Part shown: positions 1 to 11,092 of the stretch, in pieces
How the letters are laid out: every line of letters begins with the position of its first letter
How positions within the stretch are numbered: position 1 is the first letter of the stretch
Origin: an uncultured Acidobacteriota bacterium
Lineage (GTDB): Bacteria > Acidobacteriota > Thermoanaerobaculia > Multivoradales > UBA5704
Direction of reading: 5' to 3'
DNA: 64,000 nt
Assembly (NCBI GenBank): GCA_963770895.1
Contig: CAVYRF010000002.1
Coordinates: forward strand, 1,216,001-1,280,000
Made by a program: the position numbers and the translations under genes
Notes under the pieces: model-generated
What the model saw: only the letters and a program-made list of their open reading frames with translations
What the model was told of the DNA's origin: nothing
Database searches by the model: none

Positions 1-274
1 TGGCCAGCCGCGCCATTTCCCGCCGCAGCAGGGCGGCGACGCGCAGCGAGATCCAGGTCGAAGCGGCGAGCAGCACCGTCGCCGTCGCCACCAGAGCCAT
101 CAGCGCCGGGTCGTCGATCCACTCCAGCCAGCCCTTGGCGGCGACCAGCGTCACCACCACCGCCGCCGCCCACAGCACCAGGCAGAGCGGGATGAGGACC
201 AGTGCGCGCTCGATCGTCGAGGCGCGGGACGCACTGGCTGCCGTGTCACGCGGCGGGCTGGTTGGATCAGTCAT
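1..274 (-). CDS. Membrane protein, partial (3' end beyond the window)
   Basis: ATG at 274 gives MTDPTSPPRD...ALVLIPLCLVLWAAAVVVTLVAAKGW...ALMALVATATVLLAA with two hydrophobic segments. Open to the window edge. TACAAT lies upstream at 288-293 (minus). Confidence 0.6.
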   Translation of the reverse strand, partial: MTDPTSPPRDTAASASRASTIERALVLIPLCLVLWAAAVVVTLVAAKGWLEWIDDPALMALVATATVLLAASTWISLRVAALLRREMARLA

Positions 275-308
275 GAATTTATCGAGGATTGTAGCCGATC
301 CTCAAGCG

Positions 309-1343
309 CTAGTGCCCCGCATCGGGGGGCTGCGCGAGCCCGGCGACGATCTCGCGCGCCAGCTCGACGATCGAGAGCGGCGCCGCGCCCTCGGCGTTGT
401 TGTTGACCGTCAGCAGGAAGCGGCGGCCGGCGGCGAGCGCCTGGCCGGCCAGCGCGGCCAGGGAGCGGCGGTTTTCCGGGTCGGGCGCCACCAGGCGGTT
501 GAAGGGCGCGTAGCGGTGCGACGCCTCCTCGTAGGTGCCGCTGCCCAGCAGCCAGCGGCCGGCGACGACCGGCCCGGCGGCCGGCGCCGTCAGCGCCGCC
601 TGCACCGCCACCGGCGGCATGCGCGGGTGCACGTTCAGGCAGTGGCAGGCGCCGGCGGCCGCCAGGGCGGCGGCGTAGTCGGCGGTGAGCAGCTCGCGGT
701 TGCGCAGCTCGACCGCGTAGACCGGGCCCCGCGGCAGGGCGGCCAGGAACGCATGCAGGCGGGCGGCGAAGCGCTGCGGCGGCCCGAGCGACTGCGGCGC
801 GAACTGGAACAGCAGGGCGCCGCCCTTGGCGCCAAGGCCTTCGACATAGGGCGCCACCACCTCGGCGGCGGCGTAGGCAGGGTCGAGGAAGCGCGGGTTG
901 ACCTGGCCGCGGTCGGCGCCGTACCGCGGATGATCGGGCAGGCGGGCCAGCGTGCAGGCGTCGTGCGCCTTGACCAGGAAGGCGAAGCCGGCGGGCACCG
1001 CCGCCGCGTAGTCGGCAAAGTCGGCGGCGGAGATCGGCCGGTAGTGGGTGCGATCGAGGCCCACCGCGCGCAGCAGCGGATGGCGGGCGTAGGCGTGCAG
1101 GCCCTCGCGCGCCAGGCGGGCGGTGGTGTGCTCGCGGTCGTAGACCAGCCCCGCCCAGCCGGGGAACGACCAGGTGGAGCCGCCCAGCTGGACGTCCAGG
1201 GGCAGCTGCGCCGCCAGCTCCGCCACCGCCGGCGGCTGTTCGGCGGCGCCGACCGCGGCACGCGCGCTGCCTGCCGCCGGCGCCGCCGGCGCCGGGTCGT
1301 CGCCGAAGAGGTTCAGCTGGGAGGCCTTGGCGGCGCCGGGCAT
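309..1343 (-). CDS. DUF72 domain-containing protein
   Basis: GGSTWSFPGW, GLDRTHY, FLVKAH, LLFQF, AVELRN, NNNAEG match the DUF72 pattern. Start overlaps the upstream stop (TAATG). Confidence 0.85.
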   Translation of the reverse strand: MPGAAKASQLNLFGDDPAPAAPAAGSARAAVGAAEQPPAVAELAAQLPLDVQLGGSTWSFPGWAGLVYDREHTTARLAREGLHAYARHPLLRAVGLDRTHYRPISAADFADYAAAVPAGFAFLVKAHDACTLARLPDHPRYGADRGQVNPRFLDPAYAAAEVVAPYVEGLGAKGGALLFQFAPQSLGPPQRFAARLHAFLAALPRGPVYAVELRNRELLTADYAAALAAAGACHCLNVHPRMPPVAVQAALTAPAAGPVVAGRWLLGSGTYEEASHRYAPFNRLVAPDPENRRSLAALAGQALAAGRRFLLTVNNNAEGAAPLSIVELAREIVAGLAQPPDAGH

Positions 1344-1540
1344 TATTGGAGCCGCTCGATGCGCACGTCCGGGTCGCCGTCGCGGTCGCGGGTGATGGTC
1401 AGCTGCCAGGGGTTGCAGCAGACCTCGCAGTCCTGGACCAGGGAGCCCCACACGTCGGGCTCGACGGCGATCTCCACCCGCTCGCCGCAATAGGGGCACT
1501 GCACCTCGATCGGCACGTTCCAGTAGCCGTCGCCGCTCAC
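1343..1540 (-). CDS. CPXCG motif-containing cysteine-rich protein
   Basis: 65 aa with CPYCGE and QDCEVCCNPW. GTG start overlaps the EVE stop (GTGA). Confidence 0.85.
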   Translation of the reverse strand: MSGDGYWNVPIEVQCPYCGERVEIAVEPDVWGSLVQDCEVCCNPWQLTITRDRDGDPDVRIERLQ

Positions 1541-2016
1541 GCTTTCCCCCGGCCCAGGGCCAAAACCACCAGAAAGTCGGCGCGGCTGACCGGCTGCACC
1601 GACAGGCGCGAGCCCTTTTGCACCACCATCATGGACGCCAGGTTCGGCGTCGCCTTCAGCGTCGCAAGCGGCACGATCTGCGGGAACCGCTCCGCGAACT
1701 GGATGTCCACGGTGTACCAGGTGGGGTTGGCGGGGTCGCTCGCCGCATCGTAGTAGTGGCTGGAGGCGTCGAACGCGGAGGGATCGGGATAGCCGTCTCG
1801 CACCACCGAGGCGACGCCGGTGACGCCGGAGGGTTCGGCGTTGGAGGCGTAGAACAGGACGTTGTCGCCGATCTGCACCTGGTCGCGCAGCAGGTTGCGC
1901 GCCTGGAAGTTGCGCACCCCTTCCCAGCACGTCTTGCCGTCGCTCTGCAGGTCGTCGATGCTGTAGGCGCCTGGCTCGCACTTCATCAGCCAGAACTGCC
2001 TCTGGTTGCGGGTCAT
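1537..2016 (-). CDS. EVE domain-containing protein
   Basis: FWLMKCEP...WEGVRNFQARN...YPDPSAFD...SRLSVQPV. Confidence 0.92.
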   Translation of the reverse strand: MTRNQRQFWLMKCEPGAYSIDDLQSDGKTCWEGVRNFQARNLLRDQVQIGDNVLFYASNAEPSGVTGVASVVRDGYPDPSAFDASSHYYDAASDPANPTWYTVDIQFAERFPQIVPLATLKATPNLASMMVVQKGSRLSVQPVSRADFLVVLALGRGKA

Positions 2017-2100
2017 GATCCCGTCCTCCGCCGGCCGGCCGCCACCGATAGATACTACGCGGCAGGGCGGCAGCCGACCTGAATCCGGCGTCGCCGCGCC

Positions 2101-2144
2101 TGTGACATTTGCCACAGCCCGGCCGCAGGCCTGCCTTATAGACT
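2101..2144 (+). promoter_or_regulatory. CRP/FNR-family-like box and candidate -10 upstream of the GH44 gene
   Basis: TGTGA-catttg-CCACA (2101-2116, one mismatch to TGTGA-N6-TCACA) and TAGACT at 2139-2144. Confidence 0.35.
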
Positions 2145-2288
2145 GCGCAACGAGCGAAGCTGCTCGTCCGAGCGACTCACCGCGGGTGCCCCGGCATTCG
2201 CGGCTTTTTCGCCTGTGCCGGCAGGCCACCGAATAGGAACCACGCCACGAACCAGCATCTTCCATCGGCTGCCGCCAGCGCCTGCCAG

Positions 2289-4346
2289 GTGCCGCGCCGG
2301 CGCGCCGCGTCGTTGCCTGGACCTTCCGGGTTCGCCGCGCGTGCGGCGCTGGCCGTCGCGGCGGCCGCCCTGTGCAGCGCCACCGCGGCGTTGGCCCAGG
2401 CCGGCGCGACCGTGACCGTCAACGTCGATCCCACCGCCAACCGGCATCCCATCAGCACCCTGATCTACGGGGTCAACTTCGGCGACGACACTCAGGCCGC
2501 CACCTTGCATTGGCCGGTGCGCCGCTGGGGCGGCAACGCCACCACCCGCTACTCCTGGCAGGACGACATCAACAACCGTGCCAGCGATTGGTTCTTTTAC
2601 AACATTCCCAACGCCAACGCGAATCCCGCGGCGCTGCCCGCCGGCTCTTCGTCCGACCAGTTCATCCTGGTTACGCGCGGCGACGGCACGGAACCGCTCA
2701 TCACCGTGCCGACCATCGGCTGGACGCCGATCGACCGCAACTACCGCTGGGGCTTCTCGGTCGCCAAGTACGGCGCGCAACAGCAGACCGAATGCACCGC
2801 CACCGACAACGCTTCGTGGTGCAACGGCGATGCCGGCAACGGCGTCAAACCCGACGGCACGCCGATCACCGGCAACGACCCGACCGATACCTCGCGCGCC
2901 ATCGATCCCAGCTTCGTCACCGGCTGGATGGCGCACATCGCCGGCGAAACCGGCACCGGCGCCAACGGCGGCGTGCACCTGTACGCGCTCGACAACGAGC
3001 CGACGCTGTGGAACAGCACCCATCGCGACGTCCACCCGCAGCCGACGACCTACGACGAGCTGTGGCAGCGCACGCAGCAGTACGCCGCCGCGATCAAGGC
3101 GCAGGACCCCGCGGCGCAGGTGCTCGGGCCCGCCGATTGGGGCTGGTGCGCCTACTTCTATTCGGCCGCCGACGGCTGCTCGCCCGGCAGCGACTACGCC
3201 AGCCACGGCAACCTGGCGCAGACCGACTGGTACCTGCTGCAGGCGGCCAGCTACCAGGCGGCCAACCGCGTGCGCCTGATCGACTACCTGGACGTCCACT
3301 ACTACCCGCAGGGCAACGACGTGAGTCTGTCCGACGACGAATCGGCGGCCACCTCGGCGCTGCGGCTGCGCAGCCTCAAGAGCCTGTACGACCCCACCTA
3401 CACCGACGAATCGTGGATCGCGCAGCCGGTCGACCTGATCCCGCGCATGCAGGCCTGGATCGCCGACCGCCTGCCCGGCACCAAGCTCGCCATCTCGGAG
3501 TACAACTGGGGCAACGACAACGGCTTGAGCAGCGCCCTGGCGCAGGCCGAGGCGCTGGCCATCTTTGGCCGTGAAGGGGTGGACCTGGCGTCGCGCTGGG
3601 AGGCGCCGGCGGCGGGGAGCCTGGTCGAGCAGTCCTTCCTGTTCTACCTCAACTACGACGGCAAGGGTGGGAAGGTGGCGGGCGACAGCATCCAGGCGGT
3701 CAGCAGCAACGTCGACCAGGTGGGCGCCTACGCCGTGGCCGGCGCCAGCAACCGCCTGTTCCTGCTGCTGTTCAACAAGGACACGGTGAGCCACCCGGTG
3801 GCGGTGCAGGTGGCGGGCGGGCCGACGGCGCCGCTCACCCTCTACCAGCTGTCCGGCAGCCAGTCGCTGGGCCCCGCCGGCACCTCGGCGCTCACCGCCG
3901 GGGCGGTCACCCTCACCCTGCCGGCGCGCTCCGCCACCCTGGCCGTCAGCGCCGCCGCTCCGGGGCCGGGCCGCTTCTACACCATCACCCCGTGCCGGGT
4001 GATCGACACCCGCAACCCCACCGGCGCCTGGGCCGGCCCCGCCCTGGCCGCGGCCGCAGCGCGCACCTTCGGCTTGGCCGGCCGCTGCGGCGTGCCGGCG
4101 ACGGCGCGCGCCATCTCCGGCAACGTCACGGTGACCGGCTCCACCGCCGGCGGCGATCTGCGCGCCTTCGCCGCCGACGTGGCGCAACAGCCGACCAGCA
4201 CCATCAACTTTGCCGCCGCCCAGCTGCGCGCCAACAACGTGGTCCTGGCGGTGTCGCAGGACGGCAACGCCGCGATCACCATCGACAGCGACCAGGCCAG
4301 CGGCCCGGTGCAGTTCATCCTGGACGTGAACGGCTACTTTCAGTAG
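2289..4346 (+). CDS. Secreted glycoside hydrolase family 44 (endoglucanase/xyloglucanase) with a C-terminal accessory domain
   Basis: Signal peptide; ISTLIYGVN, RWGGNATTRYSW, LDNEP (acid/base), HRDVHP, YLDVHYYPQ, ISEYNWG (nucleophile). Confidence 0.88.
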   Translation: MPRRRAASLPGPSGFAARAALAVAAAALCSATAALAQAGATVTVNVDPTANRHPISTLIYGVNFGDDTQAATLHWPVRRWGGNATTRYSWQDDINNRASDWFFYNIPNANANPAALPAGSSSDQFILVTRGDGTEPLITVPTIGWTPIDRNYRWGFSVAKYGAQQQTECTATDNASWCNGDAGNGVKPDGTPITGNDPTDTSRAIDPSFVTGWMAHIAGETGTGANGGVHLYALDNEPTLWNSTHRDVHPQPTTYDELWQRTQQYAAAIKAQDPAAQVLGPADWGWCAYFYSAADGCSPGSDYASHGNLAQTDWYLLQAASYQAANRVRLIDYLDVHYYPQGNDVSLSDDESAATSALRLRSLKSLYDPTYTDESWIAQPVDLIPRMQAWIADRLPGTKLAISEYNWGNDNGLSSALAQAEALAIFGREGVDLASRWEAPAAGSLVEQSFLFYLNYDGKGGKVAGDSIQAVSSNVDQVGAYAVAGASNRLFLLLFNKDTVSHPVAVQVAGGPTAPLTLYQLSGSQSLGPAGTSALTAGAVTLTLPARSATLAVSAAAPGPGRFYTITPCRVIDTRNPTGAWAGPALAAAAARTFGLAGRCGVPATARAISGNVTVTGSTAGGDLRAFAADVAQQPTSTINFAAAQLRANNVVLAVSQDGNAAITIDSDQASGPVQFILDVNGYFQ

Positions 4347-4352
4347 CCGCCG

Positions 4353-5636
<1,284 letters not shown>

Positions 5637-5643
5637 GACCTGC

Positions 5644-5707
5644 TAGCGTACCATCCAGAGCGGAGGTGCACCGTGTAGCGCACCATCCAGAGAAGAGGTG
5701 CACCGTC
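5644..5707. repeat. Tandem direct repeat, 2 x 32 bp (28/32 identical)
   Basis: tagcgtaccatccagagcggaggtgcaccgtg / tagcgcaccatccagagaagaggtgcaccgtc. It fills nearly the whole divergent intergenic gap. Confidence 0.9.
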
Positions 5708-6226
5708 GTGGAGATCCGGCACGCCGATTCGTTCGCCAACTACTTTGACGGCATCCGCGTCCGCACCCTGCGGGTCGCCGCCTGCATCCCGCCCGACCGC
5801 CTGGAGTGGGCGCCGGCGGGCAAGGCCGGGGCGTGGACCTTCGGCGACCTGCTGCGGCACCTGGGCGCCATCGAACGCTACATGTTCGCCGAAAACGTCC
5901 AGGGCCTCCCCAGCCGCTACCCCGGCCACGGCCGCGAGCTGGCCGACGGCTACGACCCGGTGATGGCGTTCCTGGCCCGCATGCACCAGGAGGCGGCGGC
6001 GATCTTCCGCGCCCTGACCCCCGAGGACCTGGAGCGCCGCTGCCAGACGCCGGCCGGCGTCGAGATGGCGGCGTGGAAGTGGCTGCGCGCCATGGTCGAG
6101 CACGAAGTCCACCACCGCGGCCAGATCTACCTCATGCTGGGCCAGCTCGGCATCGCCACGCCGCCGATCTACGGCCTCACCTCCGAAGAGGTGCTGGCCC
6201 GCAGCTTGCCGCCAGGGACTACCTGA
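5708..6226 (+). CDS. DinB family protein
   Basis: WTFGDLLRHL and MVEHEVHHRGQIYLML metal-binding His pattern. GAGG precedes GTG at 5708. Confidence 0.88.
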   Translation: MEIRHADSFANYFDGIRVRTLRVAACIPPDRLEWAPAGKAGAWTFGDLLRHLGAIERYMFAENVQGLPSRYPGHGRELADGYDPVMAFLARMHQEAAAIFRALTPEDLERRCQTPAGVEMAAWKWLRAMVEHEVHHRGQIYLMLGQLGIATPPIYGLTSEEVLARSLPPGTT

Positions 6227-8972
6227 ACCGCAGCCGCAGGCCCAGCCGCAGCAGGCGCGGCGCCACCACCTGGTCGACGTAGCCGGCGCGGGTGGCGCCC
6301 AGATCGGCCTCGCGCCGCAGCACCTGGCCCGCGTTGAGCAGGTTGAGCGCCTCCAGACTGAGCGAGGCGTCCAGGTCCGATAGCGCCCGCAGACGCTTCT
6401 CCAGGCGGGCGTCCAGGCTGACCAGGGCGCCGGTGCGGTAGGAGTCCACGTCGCCCACCCGCACGTCGATCGGGCCGGCGTCGTCGCGCGCCACCATGCG
6501 GTACCAGGCGAGCGGCAGGCCGGCCCGGCCGGCCAGCTGGGCGGCCGCGGCCAGCCCCCAGGGCAGCTCGACGGCGCCGCCCAGATCGAACGACCAGGGC
6601 GGCACGACGTACAGCGGCAGCCCGCCCGGCGTGGCGCCGGAGACGCCGACCGGCTCGCCCGCATAGTTGCCGTCCACCAGGGCGGGCGTGGGGTCGGTAT
6701 GGCGGCGGTAGTCGGGCCCGATCTTCCAGGTCCAGCTTTGCAGGGTGACGCGGCCGCGCAGGGTGAAGCGGCGCGCGACGCGCTGGTGCCAGCCCAGGGC
6801 GGCGCCCAGCAGCTGCTGCTGGCGGTCGCCGTTGACCAGCAGCGCGCCGCCGGTCGGCGCCAGGCCCGGCCGCAGGTCGTAATACGGCACGCTGTAGGGC
6901 GTGCCATCGGGCAGGTTGCCGGCGACGGCGCCGGCCGGCACCCAGTCGGCAGCGGTGGCGACGCCGACCGCCTGGGTGGCGGCGTCGCGCACCAGCAGGC
7001 GGTCCTCCAGGATGCCGGTGACGCGGCGCCACACCAGCTGCAGATCCAGGCCGCCTTCGGGCCCCAGCGCGTAGGCGCCGCCCACGATCGCCTCGTCGGT
7101 CATCTCGGGCCGCAGGTGCGGGTCGATGGCGTTGGCCGGCACGTTGGACGGCAGCGCCGGATCGAAGCCGGCCGGATACCAGAACGCCGCCCCTTCGGCG
7201 TCGCCCCCTTCGACGTAACCGCTGCCGGGGAAGCGGTAGCCCGCCGCCGCCGGCGCCGCCGGATTGAGCCGCAGCGGGATGTCGCTGGTCAGCGGCGAGG
7301 CGTAGCGCGCCAGCGAGGCGCGCAGCTGCAGCGACCGCAGCGGCGCGGCGACCAGGCCGATGCGCGGCGCCAGGCTCTGCCAGCGCACCCCGCCGGCGTC
7401 GTTGCCGGCGAAGGCCACCGCCGGCAGCAGCGGGTCGCCGGGCACCGCCGGAGCGATGCTCGCCAGGTTGCGCGGCGTCTGCAGGTCGTAGCGCAGGCCG
7501 AACGAAGCGGTCAGGCGGCTCCAGCTCACCGTGTCCGCCACCCACAGGCCCTGCCGCGTCACGGCGTCGCGGGTGTTGCCGTCGCGCCAGATGTCGAGCG
7601 CGTCCAGGCCGGGCGCCAGGCCCAGCAGCTCGCCGGCGGTGATCTGCGCCCACAGCGGCGCCTGCCAGGTGGCGTCCTCGGTCGTGCGGCGCCACTCGCC
7701 GCCGATCTTCGCTTCGTTGTCGCCGCCGAACAGCCGCCCCGAGGCGGCCGCCTCGGCGGTGCCGGCGCCGGTCGAGCGGTGATCGGTGTCGCCATACCAG
7801 CTGCCGTAGGCCACCCCGGCCGCATCGACATAGAGCGGCGACGTCAGCCCGCCGTTGGGCTGCTGGCGCGAGCCCGAGCCGACGGCGCCGGCGGTGGCGC
7901 TGAAGTAGAGCCGCGGCGAAACGACGCCCAGGTCCGCCAGGCGCAGCACCTGCGTCCAGGCATGGTCGTCGAGCAGCGTGCCGGGGCTGCGCTCCGGCCC
8001 CGCGCCGATATCCGTGCCGTCCTGGCTGGCGCGGGTGAACGACAGCGCGGCGCTGTTGCCCTCCGTGACGTGGGCATCCAGCTTGGCCGCACCGCTGGCG
8101 TCGGCCAGGGTGAACGGCTGGCCGCCGAACGCGGACAGCGAGGTGCGGTCGTGATCCAGCCCGCCCCAGCCCCACAGCACACCGCGCAGCAGCGGCCCGC
8201 CCGCTTCCCCCGCCAGCGCCCCGGTCGTGCGCACCCGGTCGCCGGCCACCCGCTCGCTCGCCGCCTGGCCCGGCGGCAAGCCGCCCGCGGGCGACGGGGC
8301 GCCGGCGGCCAGCGCCCCGCCGCTGCCGGCCGCCAGCCCCGAAGCGCGCCACTCGTTGGTGCCCCGCCGCTCCACCAGGTTCACCTGCGGCCCCGGCGAC
8401 AACGCCACCACGTCGGCGCCGCCGGCGGTCGTCTCCACCCCCTGGGCGATCGCGTCCAACGTGCCCGACGGCGCCCCCGGCGAAGCCGCGCCGCCGATCT
8501 CGAAGCCGTCGATGCGGAACGCCCCCTGGTCGCCGCGCGCCACCGGCCCCGCAAAAGGCTCCCCCGGCCGCACGCTGTAGCCATCGCTATAAAAATCCGG
8601 ACCCGACGCCCCCGGCGTCCGCGCCCCCCCCTGCGCCGCATCGCCCACCGCCACCGGCGCATACCCCGCAATCGCCGGATACAGCGTCGTCGCCGCCGCC
8701 GGCGGCAGCACCGGCGGCGCCGCAACCGCCGGAGCCGTCGCGCCAGGCGCCCCGCTCCCCGCGTCCGCGCCAGCATCGGCCCCGTCCGGGGGAACCACCG
8801 GCGGGGCCTGGGCAGCCGTGCCGTCCGCTGCTGCCGGCGCGGCAGCGGCGCCCAGCTGGGGGTCGAGCAGAGCGCCCAGGGTCGCCAACAGCAGCGCCGC
8901 CGCCCGTCGGCAATGGCTTTTCCGCCGGCCCTTCGGCCACGGCGCGGCGCGGGGCGGCGGGGCGGCGGTCAC
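6219..8972 (-). CDS. Oar-like TonB-dependent outer-membrane receptor, atypical N-terminus
   Basis: FRIDGFEI, QVNLVERRGTNEW, GGPLLRGVLWGW, GLRYD, LAPRIG, LNLLN and terminal PRLLRLGLRLRF beta-signal-like strand. Confidence 0.7.
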   Translation of the reverse strand: MTAAPPPRAAPWPKGRRKSHCRRAAALLLATLGALLDPQLGAAAAPAAADGTAAQAPPVVPPDGADAGADAGSGAPGATAPAVAAPPVLPPAAATTLYPAIAGYAPVAVGDAAQGGARTPGASGPDFYSDGYSVRPGEPFAGPVARGDQGAFRIDGFEIGGAASPGAPSGTLDAIAQGVETTAGGADVVALSPGPQVNLVERRGTNEWRASGLAAGSGGALAAGAPSPAGGLPPGQAASERVAGDRVRTTGALAGEAGGPLLRGVLWGWGGLDHDRTSLSAFGGQPFTLADASGAAKLDAHVTEGNSAALSFTRASQDGTDIGAGPERSPGTLLDDHAWTQVLRLADLGVVSPRLYFSATAGAVGSGSRQQPNGGLTSPLYVDAAGVAYGSWYGDTDHRSTGAGTAEAAASGRLFGGDNEAKIGGEWRRTTEDATWQAPLWAQITAGELLGLAPGLDALDIWRDGNTRDAVTRQGLWVADTVSWSRLTASFGLRYDLQTPRNLASIAPAVPGDPLLPAVAFAGNDAGGVRWQSLAPRIGLVAAPLRSLQLRASLARYASPLTSDIPLRLNPAAPAAAGYRFPGSGYVEGGDAEGAAFWYPAGFDPALPSNVPANAIDPHLRPEMTDEAIVGGAYALGPEGGLDLQLVWRRVTGILEDRLLVRDAATQAVGVATAADWVPAGAVAGNLPDGTPYSVPYYDLRPGLAPTGGALLVNGDRQQQLLGAALGWHQRVARRFTLRGRVTLQSWTWKIGPDYRRHTDPTPALVDGNYAGEPVGVSGATPGGLPLYVVPPWSFDLGGAVELPWGLAAAAQLAGRAGLPLAWYRMVARDDAGPIDVRVGDVDSYRTGALVSLDARLEKRLRALSDLDASLSLEALNLLNAGQVLRREADLGATRAGYVDQVVAPRLLRLGLRLRFR

Positions 8973-9658
8973 AGGGGCGGAGGCGGCGCCGGGGCGCCGG
9001 TGGCGTCCAGGATTCCCATGGCGGCGAGGGGCTGGGCGAGGTCGGCGGGAAGGGGTGCGTGGAGGGCCAGCGGCGCGCCGGTCGCGGGGTGGGTCAGGTG
9101 CAGGTCGGCGGCGTGCAGGGCCAGGCGGTAGAGGCCGAAGCGCGAGCGGAACAGGCGGTTGTGCTCGCCCTTGCCGTAGCGGACGTCGCCGATCAGGGGG
9201 AGCGAAAGGTGCTTCAGGTGGCGGCGGATCTGGTGCAGGCGGCCGGTTTCCGGGGTCACCTCCAGCCAGGAGTAGCGCTCAAAGGTGGCCAGGCGGCGGT
9301 AGCCGGTCACCGCCGGCACGCGCGGGCCGCCGGGGGAACGCGGGATCGGATGGTCGATGACGCCGGATTCGGGGGCGATGCCGCGCACCAGGGCCAGGTA
9401 GCGCTTGCGCACCGCGCCGGCGGCGAACGAGGCGGCCAGGCCGCGGGCGGGCTCGACCGCCAGGGCCATCACCAGCACGCCGCTGGCGCCGCGGTCCAGC
9501 CGGTGGACCGGGTAGACGCGGCAGCCGGCCAGACGGCGCATCAGGGTCAGCATGACCTCGCCGTCGCGCGCCCAGCCGCGGTGCACCGCCAGGCCCGAGG
9601 GCTTGTCCACCGCCAGCAGGTCGTCGTCCTGGTAGAGCAGCCGCAGCGGCGCGATCAC
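8969..9658 (-). CDS. truC: RluA-family pseudouridine synthase (TruC-like)
   Basis: DKPSGLAVH, VHRLDRGASG (catalytic Asp), TGRLHQIRRH, IGDVRYG; short form without an S4 domain. Confidence 0.8.
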   Translation of the reverse strand: MIAPLRLLYQDDDLLAVDKPSGLAVHRGWARDGEVMLTLMRRLAGCRVYPVHRLDRGASGVLVMALAVEPARGLAASFAAGAVRKRYLALVRGIAPESGVIDHPIPRSPGGPRVPAVTGYRRLATFERYSWLEVTPETGRLHQIRRHLKHLSLPLIGDVRYGKGEHNRLFRSRFGLYRLALHAADLHLTHPATGAPLALHAPLPADLAQPLAAMGILDATGAPAPPPPL

Positions 9659-9782
9659 GTGTCGAACGATCTCCTCGAGCTCCCGGCGGCGCCGGGCGGA
9701 CCTGTTGCATCCGGTATCCTACTCGCACGCGCGGGCCGTTGGCGGCGCGGCGGCGGGCGGCGCAGGCCCGCGGAGGTGCGGT

Positions 9783-11072
<1,290 letters not shown>

Positions 11073-11092
11073 CTTAGTGAGCTGTACCAGCC

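Noticed and set aside
5644-5707. 32-bp repeat as a CRISPR remnant
   Set aside because: The two copies are directly adjacent with no spacer, and no cas genes are present.
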